A stretch of DNA of 34,855 bases, taken from the NCBI GenBank assembly GCA_910592345.1, contig CAJVPI010000008.1, positions 62,001 through 96,855 of the forward strand, read 5' to 3'. Position numbers and translations under genes: made by a program. Shown piece after piece: positions 13,886-26,536 of the stretch. Each line of letters starts with the position of its first letter. Within the stretch, counting starts at the first letter, position 1. The notes below the pieces were generated by a model. That model did no database searches. It was not told where the DNA came from and saw only the letters and a program-made list of their open reading frames with translations. Origin of the DNA: Paraglomus brasilianum. Its lineage: Eukaryota.

Positions 13886-16800
13886 TTACGGGTGTCAAAA
13901 AAAAAAAAAAGATGTGTATCATGCGATCTGTCTGAACACCAGATGCCAAATAAAGTACATGTGAAAGGTTTAGCCTCTCATGATCACATTTGAAGTCACC
14001 CAGTTAGTAAATATGTAAATAAGATTCCCATTAAAATTGTTTACCAAGACGATCATAGGGTTCTATCTTGCGTGTTAGAAGAGCAGTAAAGAAGCAGCCC
14101 CATTTTTAAGTTATTAATACAACAGAGGATGAGGTGGCTAATGGTTATATTAGGAGAGTTGAAGACGACGATGTTAGCATGAGCGTCTCAAGGCGGCAAG
14201 AATAGTTTTCTCTTTTTTTGTTTGTTTAAAAGAATAAATTAGGCACGTGAAAATAATAAATTGGATCTCCACAAAAAAGAATCACATTTATTAACAGTGC
14301 GCATTAAGTGAATAATCTCTAGTAACAACGAAAAGAATCTTATTATCTCTCGACCGTTATACGATTTCTGACAACACTAGCAGCCGAGCTTAGCATACAT
14401 TGACCTGATCCTTCTGTATAAATTAAATAGGCCATACACTATAAACCTGTCGATTGCATCAGTCTGTCTGCAATTACGATTAGTCGATACATATCATATA
14501 GAATTTTCGCTTGCAAGAAAAAAGCCCAGTCTGTGATCGATTTAGTCTTGTTTGTGTTGCCTTTGTTTTAATTGCACGGATCAGAAAGAACAGTGTCCAC
14601 GATGCCCCGAGTTTTAATATATCTAAAAAAGTTTATCTCTAATTGTGTAGTAATTAACCGCTTATCGAAAGTGGATGTATACTAATACAGTCACACTGAT
14701 AATTCGGACCATTAGTCGAGACATGGGGTAATACTAAACAGTCGTGTAAATGCATCTAGTGCGTCCATGACTCCATAGTAAGGTCGCACCTGACGATAAC
14801 GATTGCGAGTGAACAATATTAAGAATACAGTCATGAATCATTTTTTCACTTCATTCGATGTCGATGTTTCCGTTGTATGACAAGCATGCCTTTACTATGA
14901 CATTGTTCCTTATCGATGCGCGATTATGCGGCTGATGCTGTCAACCTATTTAGATCCCTTTGCTTGAGAAGTATCTGTACGAATTCATGGGATATGTTGA
15001 CGTTACTTCATAATGAAGCAAAAACACGTGAATAACAATATTAAACCTTATCGAATTATCATGCTCCGATCACACATTTCGCAATATATTATAAGACTAT
15101 AAATGGCAACGGTTATAAAAATATGCAGAATAATCTAACTAAATATAACACTAGTAATTTGAGTGGTGCTATCATTCACGGAGAATTTCTTGTCTGAGTA
15201 AAACCCATTTTATATTTTTAATAAAACTGTTACTCGTCTTAACATAATAGATTGCACTAAATAGATTCGGCATAGCCTACATAAAAAATCTGTCAATTTA
15301 TTATCTGTGTAATCAGCTATTATATTTTTCTGTGATTAATTGGATGCTATATATGCTCTACGTGGTATTGGGATTTGAGAAACCAATAAAAATCAAACCA
15401 GACAAAGTGGGGGGGGGGGGAATAAGTTAATGAGCAAGAAGTAACACCAACTTATAAAATAGTAATTATAATCCTATTACTATATGTTCCCCCGCATATA
15501 TCAATTTTGATAATACCCCGTTGATACCCTCATCCTATCAACATATATCCAGATTTCATTCCTAATTACATGTACCTCGCTGATATTAAGATCAATATAA
15601 ATTAGTATTTTAAATTTAAACGTCTGATCTATAATATCGCAAAGTCTCGTTCAATCGAATACACACAACGTGAGACAAAAAATTTTAACAGATTTTTTAT
15701 CAAAGAGAGAGAGAGAGCCACAATTCATAAGAGGATGAGCAAATGGTTTAGTCTATCTTGGTAAAAGGTTTTTATTATGAATAAATTTAAAGACGGTAGT
15801 AATTCTGACCACTACTAATTGCATGAATAATATCATATTACTTAATTCGAGATAAATATCGTCATTTATTTAAAACACTAAGGCTCTTGCCTATAAATAT
15901 AAAATAGAGGAAGAAAAAAGCTTGATCGGGATCTTGGTTATGCTATGACTGCACATACACTCCCTGGAAGAAAGTATCCGATGGGAGTTTGAAGTATTTC
16001 GCTTTCTTGAACCATGGATCGTTGATTAAAATCAATTTCGCCGATCTTTAGCTCTAACCAACGTTGTTATTAATATCAAAGTATAAGCTTTGACGACACA
16101 AAGAGCTGGCGAGCCTATTGATTGTCAATTGAATAAATAAAACGAATATCAAGTTGTAAAAAAGCCATTTGCATTTCGTAGATTACAATAACCCATTTAA
16201 TATTTAAAGCACTTTACAACGAATTGTATATATACTGAGTTGTATAAGGAGAATTCTCTGCAGTCACACACCTGTAGATTCGGGTTATTACTTAGTATGT
16301 GTATCTGAAGGTACGCTGCCACTAGGTGTAAATCGGAGGTTTGAAAACACATAGTAATAGTAATAGGGTGTAAATTAATCAAAACCCCGTTACCCCCCCC
16401 AAAAAAAAGCTGTGCTTACCTCGGCTTTGTGGCCGTAATAGTAGTAAATGATTTACTTGCTGGTAATCCGTCCCAAAACGCCGACTGTAGCTTATCACGC
16501 TCGGGCAGGATACACGGACCACTGAATTGAAAGCGCATCGTAGCCACAGTTTGCGAACGTGCTTCATTGGTTCTTGGTTATGATGATACAGTTACTCACC
16601 TCTTTGTTATTAGTACCGAACTGAATAAAAGTTCCTCGCGATAGTTATTATTAGTACCGAACGGGCCGGCATTCTTGAACCAAGATCGCAAGCAACGTGA
16701 GTCACCACATAAACTTCGAACACGCGTTTACTTATATAAACACATATATACCCAAACTCTGTTTTTTATATATATTCTCTTTTTTATTTGTTTTTTGTTG

Positions 16801-16997
16801 TTTCTTTCCACTCTATTTTATCGATATATATTTTTTTCGCTCTCAACAGCTAACCTTTTTCTCCATTGCACATGCATCGCTTCACAACAACCTCTCTTCC
16901 CCCAAGCGCAAATACAACGTTATCCGAAAGCTAAATGATGTACAACGCCCGCATTTGTGTACGCTCGCGTGGAGGGCAGAATGTGCGAACTCTCTCG

Positions 16998-17211
16998 TCG
17001 GCTATGTGGTCGATAAACCGAGTCGTCGTTCAAAGACTTGTTCGAGAGTTGTAGCGAACTGTCGTATGTGCGTAATATAGAGTGGCGGCAATATATGTTG
17101 GGCAATGGAGAGTAGCGTTTGGATAGGATATATGTACTTATATGAGTATCGGCTATGTGGTTGATAAACCGTGTCGTTTTGAATACTTGTTTGTGAGTTG
17201 TAGCGATCTGT
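16998..17211. repeat. Diverged direct repeat of ~65 bp (16998-17062 and 17149-17211)
   Basis: TCGGCTATGTGGT[C/T]GATAAACCG[A/T]GTCGT...GAGTTGTAGCGA[A/T]CTGT occurs twice, 151 bp apart. Confidence 0.85.
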
Positions 17212-19109
17212 AATCTGGAGTGTCGGCAAATGTTTGCCGATAAAAGAAGTTCGGGGAAATTGTATTATACATACGTTTATCAATCAGAAAGAGATATTTC
17301 CATTCACATCTTTATACAGCCCGGAAAAAATAATAGCGGTGCTTATTAAATGTTGTTCACGATAACAAATTCTACTTGTAATAAAGAGATGATAAATTTC
17401 ACAACATGATTTTGGCATTTAACTTTTATACAAGAAAAGCAAGTCTTGGTTTTGGTCAAAAGCATTGTATATGAAAATAAGCTAAAAAAGTTGCAAATAA
17501 GGTAGCATTTGTTATTGTAAATAGTTTTACTTATATCGAAAGCAATCTGAGTGGGCGAAGAATTACATTTAGTCTCTATATACAGTAATGCTAACGAACT
17601 TCGTTATGCGGTATATCATGCTAATTTAGGAAAACTTCGTTCATGGGTTATTTATTAGTGAGTTTGAAATTTCTTTGTATACAGATTTTAATTATAAAGC
17701 TTCGTTCAACCGGAGCTAAACATATATGAATGAATCAGTTCCATAAAAAACTTCGTTATAATAATAAGGCCATCTTCGTTAAAGCAAAATCAAGTCCAGC
17801 ATTCATTGGCAAAATTTGTTATTTTCATCATATAATGAATACTCTGTACTTCATGTCTAGTACTGTAGACCTTTCACCACTGTTAATTGCTACTGATAAT
17901 CTGGAATTATAACTATCTCAAGGGTTTATAGGACTGGCTATAAAAGGCTTTACATTGGAGTAGTAAAGACTCTCTATGTGCATCCATGTTTTTTTTAACT
18001 TCTTGCTTGAGAAAAAAAAAGGATTGAATGCTATACATCAAATTAAGAATCCATTGTCTCATAAGAATCCGATAAGAGCTCTCATTGCTATTATATTGTA
18101 GTCATCATCATAATCCCACTAAGCTACCCTGCTGAGACTGCTATGTCATCACAACAAACCGCAGTAGAAGAATTCCGGCAAAACACGTGCATAATAATAA
18201 TTATAATATACGATTTATAGGTGAGAAATAGTTTTTGACATTACAGTAGTTTTGCGAAATTCAATTCAATAGTCCTAATTTTAGAATATAGTCAGTGAAA
18301 CGATGAGAATGTATAGTACGATTATTATTATGTCTAACAACTGGTACAACAATAGGTCCATACTACCCGCGAAAGAAGTAGCACATCTGTACAAACGTCA
18401 ATCAGTGCACAAACTGACTGTCAAAAGGACCAAGAGACCAAATTATTGTATGAAGGGAACGTCTTTGCTTATTGAACCGAAATATTACCGATATCTGACA
18501 CATTCAATGACATTTGTAGGTGTCTGCTTTACTTTTCTAAAACACAAATCTCGAAAAAAATTGAATAAAAGAGCCACTTCATACAAAATAGTGTTTGCCG
18601 TACTCGAAAATGTAGTTATGGAACGACTAAAAAGACAACTTACGAGTACAGTATTGGTATGTGATTGTGACTGTTTTTGTGAGTTCTTACTTAATTGCTA
18701 AATGTTTCAGGTCAATTGAATCCCGAATTGTGGACCTCTCTAAATTCGTATGGAACAAGAAACCATATATTCGATAGTGTCATAAGGATTTGAGAAGTGA
18801 CATTCGCGTGCGCTGATAAAAATAGACACCCTGATTAGATAAGAAGCGCGACCTTCCGTTAGAATTCATCGTGTTCCTTTAATGATCAATTAATATTAAA
18901 CGAGTAATTCTTTATATTTTGAAATACATTATTAAGGATTCGTTCCCTGGTATAGTTGTGAACTATATCGATTAGGAATTTTAGATAAATACAAGTATAT
19001 TAATATAGGCTTCCGAATTAACCTACCGATCGACACTTGTCGTGAAAACTAATAGATAGCTGCGTTAAGAATAGAATATGATTTATTCAAAGAAGACATT
19101 TTTGTAACA

Positions 19110-19174
19110 GCTTTTCCTACTCGCGCATGCTTTGCCTACTCGCGCATGCTTTTCCTACTCGCGCATGCTTTGCC
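19110..19174. repeat. 19-bp minisatellite, ~3.4 copies, upstream of the cytochrome b5-ALDH gene
   Basis: GCTTT[T/G]CCTACTCGCGCAT three times plus a partial copy. Confidence 0.92.
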
Positions 19175-19469
19175 AGCATATTAAATTTAGGAATGCGAAC
19201 TTATTAAATGGATGGAAACACTGCTTGAGTATATCACCAATTTGACCATGATCTTTTCCATTGCGGATCAAGAGTTACATAGTTCATTTCTTATTGATTA
19301 CCTCATCCAAGTATCTTTCCCACGCAATCGCTCTCGGCTAACTAAATTTTTGATTGTTAAGGATTGGTATAGTCACATTAGACTAATACCACATTTTCTC
19401 TTTCAGCATACACTTCAACGTCAGTTCAATATTGTACCCAGCATATTCCCGTTGAGTTGACATAATATA

Positions 19470-22392
19470 ATGGCTCAATCGACGAAGGAATTTACTCTCA
19501 GAGAATTATCTTCTTATAACACAAAGAAATCTCTATACATTTGTATTCAAGGAAAAGTTTATGATGTATCGAAATTTGTTGATGAGGTTAGTTGCAATTG
19601 CAAAAGAAAAGAAAAAAGAACGGAAAGATCATAATTTCATTTCAATACTATAACACTCAACTTCTTAGTATACTTATACATATCGCTATTACAACAGCAC
19701 CCGGGTGGAGAAGAAGTTCTTCTCGACGTAGCTGGTAGAGACGCCACACAGGTATTTGAAGATATCGGCCATTCCGGCGAAGCTCTTGATATTTTAAAAA
19801 CACTGCTTGTTGGTAACATGAAGACGGTAAGTGGCAATTATGAGAAGATTATTATAGATTGGCAGTTCTTACTTACAAAGGAGAAACGTCTCCGAAAAGT
19901 CGCCCGCGCCAACGGTTATTTCCCAGCCACAAGCATTAATATTAGGGTACTATTACTATGTAATACAGTATCCGATGCAAGATCGAACAACAATCTCGCC
20001 TATCGACAATACGACGTGTGTAATACGCTCACTTGCGAGCCCCGAACGAGTCGACGAAACAATTAAACGGTCAGCAGCAGCATTTGAAAAATGGAAACGT
20101 GTTCCTGTACAAACACGAATCAGAATACTTTCGAAATTTGTTGATTCGTTTGCAGCAAGGAAGGATGAAATTGCCAGGGAATTGACTATTCAAATGGGAA
20201 GGTTGGTTTATTACAAAAGACGGAACTGAAGAAGTCATAGATAGAGTATGTTCAAGTTAATTCCTTGTGTTGGATCGACTAGGCCAATAAGGTATGCTCC
20301 TGGAGAGATTAATGGAACGGTACAAAGAGGAAAATATATGATATCTATCGCGGAAGAAAGTTTGAAGGATTATGAAGTTGAGAGTTCAGAGGGATCCCAG
20401 TTCAAGAAGTTTATTAAAAAGGTGCCATTGGGTATGCATAAGACTATTGATTAACAGGTGATTTTACTAGCGGAAAGACTATTTGATCTAGCTACCATGT
20501 TATTTTATCAGGTCCAATCCTCATTATTGCAGGTTAGCTTCGTAACAATCCGACGATTGTTCCCGAGTCCTAATATAAGAACTAAATGGATCATATGTCA
20601 CACATTGCGATTGTAAATCTTGAAGCATGGAATTATCCTTATCTTATTTCCGTGAACGGAGTAGTGCCTGCAATTCTGGCGGGTAATTACAGTTACATTG
20701 TGACATTATTATAGGTTATTGAACAAGCATCTCTTGGCTCATGCAACATATCGCCCTTGTAGGTAACACGGTTATTCTCAAACAATCAGCCCAAACACCG
20801 CTTTGCGCGGAGAGGTTTGCAGAGGCGTTCAGAGAAGCTGGACTCCCCGATGGTGTATTTCAGGTGAGACTAACAATCGTATGTCTGTTCACCAATATGT
20901 ATTATTAAAGTATCTCTGCTGTAAGTATCTACACATGGATCATGCTGCGACAGCAAGGGTAATCGAGCATCCGTCAATCGCATACGTAAATTTTACTGGA
21001 TCAGTCGAGGCGGGTCATGAAGTCCAGAAAGCCGCCAGTGCAAAATTTATGGGTGAGTCCGGTATTGACTACGTTTTGTATCAGAACTGCGCGTCACGAT
21101 TATGTTTCTCTCGTAGCAACTGGTCTTGAACTCGGTGGGAAAGACCCCGCCTACGTTCGCCCGGATGCAGACTTGGATTACACAGTAGAGCAGCTTGTCG
21201 ATGGATCGTTCTTCAATAGTGGACAATGCTGTTGTGCCATTGAGAGAATATACGTTCATGAGGATATATATGATACATTTTTAGAGAAGTTCGTTGCATT
21301 GACCAAGGTATGTTGGCATTTGACAGTTATGTTTTGAGATCGTATGATTATATTCACAATAACATTTCTGTTGAAAGCAATACAAGTTAGGAAATCCATT
21401 GGATTCAGAAACGACGCTTGGTCCAATGGTACGTACAAAGGCTGCCGAGTTTGTTCGCGGACAGATCAACGATGCTGGTAGGTATACATATACATTTTCG
21501 TTGTGCTTGCAGTTGCTTTAGATCTAAGATACTTTTTCATAACTATAGTAAAAATGGGCGCGAAACCGTTGATTGAAAAAAGTCTCTTCCCCGCAGACAA
21601 GGTCAGTTTCAATTCTATATCTGTAGATTTGGTAGCGATATAGTATCATGTATTGTGGTAGCTATAAGTGCGAATTAATTGAAAAGATTAGAGATTGTAC
21701 TTCCTGTTGGTTAGGGGGACAGGCACGCAATATTTTAAAATTCAGCCTTCTTTATTGGATCCAATTTCTTACCAACTTTGATGCAGGACAATACGCCATA
21801 CATGGCACCACAGGTTCTCGTTGACGTAAATCATTCAATGAGAGTTATGACTGAGGAAAGCTTTGGTCCAGTCATTGGTATCATGAAGGTTGACAAAAAA
21901 AAATCTCTAAAGACGCACAGTTCTTGATCTACCAACGATAGTTACAAATCCGTGTATTTATACATAGGTCAAATCTGACGAAGAAGCAATTAAATTGATG
22001 AATGACTCTGAATTTGGCTTGACAGCAAGCATTTGGACCAAGAATGCTGATGCTGCCATTGCTATCGGAAACGAAATAGATACCGGAACATGGTTTATGA
22101 ATCGCTGTGATTGTAAGTACAACGGTTATAGATATTATAGCGGTTGGCAGCATGTTCTCACAATATAAATATCTTTAGATTTGGATCCGGCATTGGCCTG
22201 GGTTGGGGTTAAGAATTCAGGGCGTGGATGCACATTATCCAAGTTTGGATTTGATTATCTAACAAGGTGGGTTAGGTGATTCTTGTCGTTTGTGAAACTG
22301 GCAATTATGTGGATATTAATATGGTTGTTCATTCTTCGTATAGACCAAAGTCATACCATTTAAAATTGGTTACCAGCGAAAAAATTAATTAA
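19470..22392 (+). CDS. Cytochrome b5 heme-binding domain (exons 19470-19586, 19698-19826) joined in frame to an NAD(P)+-dependent aldehyde dehydrogenase (from 19969; ALDH_EDX86601-like family)
   Basis: b5: IQGKVYDVSKFVDE|HPGGEEVLLDVAGRDATQVFEDIGHS, with both His heme ligands. ALDH: AWNYP, LKQS, FTGS, GLELGGKDPAYVRPDADL, GQCCCAIERIYV, EESFGP, GVKNSGRG, RPKSYHL. The phase-0 GT-AG intron 19827-19968 joins the two. Confidence 0.85.
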
Positions 22393-22677
22393 TTAATGTT
22401 ACTGAAGTATCCAGTTCTGAGTAAATTTTGCATCCGTATCGGCCAATAAACGTTAACCTAACTGAGCTCAGAACTATTAAAGAAGAGCAGAATTATTGTG
22501 GCGTCACGTCAATGTTTTGAAGTAATATGTTTATATTGGTCCGAGACGACTCGGTCACATCAGTTTATCGCACTAAACATACCCTTGACTCGCGATATCT
22601 TTACGTGGCTCTTACAGTATATGTAGATTGCATATCGCCGTATGAGAATCAAAATACATACTACGAATATGAGCATC

Positions 22678-23441
22678 TTATCCTGATTGCTTGGTAGATT
22701 CTTTATCCTTTGATCTCTCTTCTATCAAGTCGACTATAGCTTTCAAATATGGAGTCTTCCTCATTAAAGCTTTCTCAATATAAAATGCTCTTTTTCCAGT
22801 TGTATGGGGATCTCTCACCCATGTAATCCATCGATATCGATATTTTGACTCTTTCAGGTCGCCGAGTTTAACTTTAGTCTCTTGCAGACGACCAAAATAT
22901 GTGAATGTCTCTATTGTAAGTGTAGTTGACGGATTGGGTTTGGTTTTCGGCGTTGCAGTAGGAGAATCTACATGCAGACGTGTGACATAGGCAGCTGTCA
23001 AATAATTCACAAAGAACGTTGGTGCTATAGTTGAGAGCCCAGCTGTCGATAAAATGGATTGTGAGTAACAAGCAGCATTGGGAAATTGTGACGGTCATCC
23101 AACACAAAAGCATTTATACTACCTACGAGGGATCCAATCAACGGTTCTTTGCCATAGATCATTATTGTTGGAATAGAGATGCATCCACAAGCTGACAGGA
23201 GCAAAGAATAAAGCTTAAATTGCTTTATCTGATCAGCAAACGGTCCAACATAGACAAGCGTGCGAGGAGGGGGTTTGTTTCGCTCCAGTCCAATATCACC
23301 TTTGTATCTGCAATGCTGAATATTGATTAAACAATTGGATATGCGCTTGTGTTTATAGCATGGCGCATTAGAATAAATCGTACGAGCAATTCCAGAGTGT
23401 AGATGTTGACCTGACGAACAGGCCGAGATCAAAAATTTCAT
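22678..23441 (-). CDS. TMEM70/TMEM186/TMEM223-family mitochondrial membrane protein, 2 exons (intron 23043-23122)
   Basis: Basic presequence, then LVYVGPFADQIKQFKLYSL, two hydrophobic segments, YVTRLH, and LTIETFTYFGR: the architecture of the TMEM70 family. Confidence 0.7.
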
Positions 23442-23542
23442 TTTTTAAATCAAGGATTTGGGAATGTAGTCGCGTGTTTGTATCAGCGTTACACATACAA
23501 TCTTTGCATTAATGTTCGCAATAATAGTATTTAATATACTTT

Positions 23543-26099
23543 ATGATAAAATTGAACTTGCATTCCGATACTTTATCTTGCTTGAAGGCCTCAATTCGGC
23601 TTAATACTGCACACGCAAACTTAAAATCGGCATCGATAAGGGCGGGGAAGAGATTTATATCAAATCTTAAGCCTACACCGTACGCTACTGGTCGCTGCGG
23701 GACTGCTGCGCGTTACGGAATCCATCAAACGAATAAATACGAATTGACAACAGCTTTTCCTAATCATAATATGTCAACCTCTTGTTCTGAAAGATCACAG
23801 ATGGATGTGCCAGGCGCAGAAAAGTCTTATGGAATCAACCCTCATACCAAAGAGCTTATGAAAGTTATCTTGACGGACAAAGAGCGGGAAATATGTGCTG
23901 CGCTAAACAAATTTGCAGAATATTCGAAAGAAAAAGAGCCTGTTCAATTGAGAATAGCCGGAGGCTGGGTTAGAGACAAGGTGAACCTTTATCACATATT
24001 TTTGTTTAGAGATACCTGACGGGCCCTGATTTCGGTCTTAACATTTTACTACTTTCCTCGACACAAGCTTCTAGGGTTAAAATCACATGACATAGACGTA
24101 GCCATCGATTCGATGACAGGATATGAATTCGCAAAGCGCCTGAACGAGTTTCTTAAGAAGCAAGGGCATTCTGTGTCCGACATTGGGAAGATCGAATCAA
24201 ATCCTGACAGATCAAAGCATCTTGAAACAGCAACAACAAAAATTTTTGGTGTAGAAATTGATTTCGTGAATCTGAGAAATGAAGTATACGCGAAAAATTC
24301 AAGGACTCCTGCCGAAATAGTGAGTTATTTGATCAAGTGCGATGACATACGATGCGCAATATAATAATTGACATTTTATTAGACACCTGGAACGCCAGAG
24401 GAAGATGCACGAAGGCGTGATATCACAATCAACGCGTTATTTTACAATATACATTCTGGAGAAGTAGAAGACTTTACAGGAAAAGTAATATTTTTACCGC
24501 AGTAATCACAAATATCATGCCATTTTGAGACCTCCTCTCTTAAAATCGACTTGGGTGTCTTTTATTCATGTTAAGGGTATCCCAGATCTAGAAGCAGGAT
24601 TGATCCGAACCCCATTACCTGCTTTTCAAACATTTGAAGACGATCCCCTCCGCATCCTTCGTTGCGTCCGATTCGCAAGCAGATTCAATTTCGATATTAC
24701 AGACGAGATCAAAGAGACCATACAAACAGAAACTATTCGGGTTAGTGAACTTGTAAGCATATCATCTTTTTGAATTGTAAATAACAATATGCTTTTCAAC
24801 TAGAACACCATAAGATCGAAAGTTTCTCCCGAGCGTATTGGTATCGAGATATCAAAAATGATCGGTAATGACATGAATGAGGTTTTATAGCGTTTTTTAG
24901 TCGCTCTTCTCAATTTACTTGTCCTTCAGAACGTGATCCGCTGCGCTCACTCGAATTCCTATATTCGCTGGGATTGTATGAAACTGTATTCGCATCGCCT
25001 CCTAGAAAACTAATTGTAAATGGATCAATGAGCAATCCGGAATATGGTCTAAATGTTGCGCGAGTCATCAAATGGTATGGTAAAAGGTGGATTTTATTCT
25101 GACATATCATTGACAACAGATTAACAGCATAATCTGATATCGGATTCAATCCGTTGTAGGATTTTTCAACTCTCTGCAGACGATGAATTGCATGAGCTTC
25201 TCAAAAATCGAACAGCGGACGAGATCAAATCTTTGTATCTGGCATCCATCCTGTTACCCTACAAGAATATGGTAATTCTGGAAAAGAGAAAGATGGTTCC
25301 GGCATCTAGCTACATTATACGGGAAAGTCTGAAGGTATAGAGGACTATACCTACTAAATAGATCATCAAGAGTTGCAAATGGCATTAATACTAATACTAA
25401 TACTTATTATTAGCTGGCAAATGTCAACGCAGACATCACGTGTAAGCTGTTTGTTACGATAGAAGCGGTACGGAAGGCAGTGCAAAAACATTCCGAAGAA
25501 GGCGGTATAGGCAGATTAGAATTAGGTAATCAGAATCTATTATTTTATATGTAGTGATACTGAATAATTAATTGATTGAGCCGCGATTGTTATAGGATTA
25601 CTTATACGAGAGATTGGCATGCCAAAGTACATGGGGGAAAAGTGGCCAATAGCAGTAGTTCTTGCAATGGCGATCGACCTCTTACCAGAAAGAGAAAGTA
25701 TAGATGCAGGCTCGGGTATGTTCGATGATAATTCAGCAAATGTCGCAAGATTATATAACTAATATGATTATTTTATAGTCGACAAGGCATTGAAGATTGT
25801 GCAAAAATACAATAAATTAATGACTCATGCAACCAAACTCGGCCTAATGGATTGCTATTTATTGAATCCTATCATTAATGTAAGAGACCAGCTACGCGTT
25901 TATCAAATTCAAATATTCTTTATTGACACACAAAAATATTATGCAGGGGAAAGAAATATCTGCATTGCTTCATATTCAACCAAGCGAACAATTCAAAAGC
26001 ATTCTGAATTCAGTGATGGAATGGCAGCTTGAACATCCTGAAGGAACAAAAGACGAATGTAAAGAATACATAAAGAATAAAGTTGTTGTAACAAGGTAG
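23543..26099 (+). CDS. CCA1: tRNA nucleotidyltransferase (class II CCA-adding enzyme), multi-exon, in-frame ATGs at 23543, 23771 and 23801
   Basis: Motifs LRIAGGWVRDKLLG...HDIDVAID, NPDRSKHLETAT, DFVNLRNEVY, GTPEEDARRRDITINALFYN, TFEDDPLRILRCVRFASRF, KVSPERIGIE, VMEWQLEHP. Confidence 0.94.
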
Positions 26100-26536
26100 C
26101 ATGTTATGAACACAGGGTTATGCTGCTTCTGTAGTAGCAATAAAACTCATGAATCCGGTTGTCGCGCGACCTGTTAAGTATCACCGTATTTAATAGCATT
26201 GTAGTGCGTTTTATAGCAGGCTCGAAAAGTTCTGAAGGGAAGTGTAAAATGGAAGCGCTTTGCGGATGACTTTTGAAGTACAGAAATAAAATATTATATG
26301 TGTAGCTGGCAAAAGTTTGTCATTTTATGTTCAAGATTTTAATAACTCTCTAGACTCTCCGTGAGCAAAAAAACAGCAAATCAGTATGTGTCAACCAAAT
26401 GAGTTAATTGTGTCCCGGATCGAGAATTTTAGGGTCGTGTAACACTGATTATCAAATTTTTTTAAACTCTTGTGAATACTCGACTGAAACTTCATTACCA
26501 AACCACAAATCCGCGCTCTCTCCACTTTCGTTTGCA

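Noticed and set aside
16536..16546. ATCGTAGCCA resembles part of U4 snRNA
   Set aside because: The similarity does not extend, and there is no matching stem or Sm-site arrangement.
18303..18701. 132-aa ORF in the intergenic gap
   Set aside because: No motifs; composition looks like translated AT-rich noncoding DNA.
19110..19174. Short repeats as a CRISPR array
   Set aside because: Contiguous tandem units with no spacers, no cas genes, and a eukaryotic context.
4714..23441. ATP14 and TMEM70-like genes as an ATP-synthase cluster
   Set aside because: They are 17 kb apart with unrelated genes between; probably coincidence.
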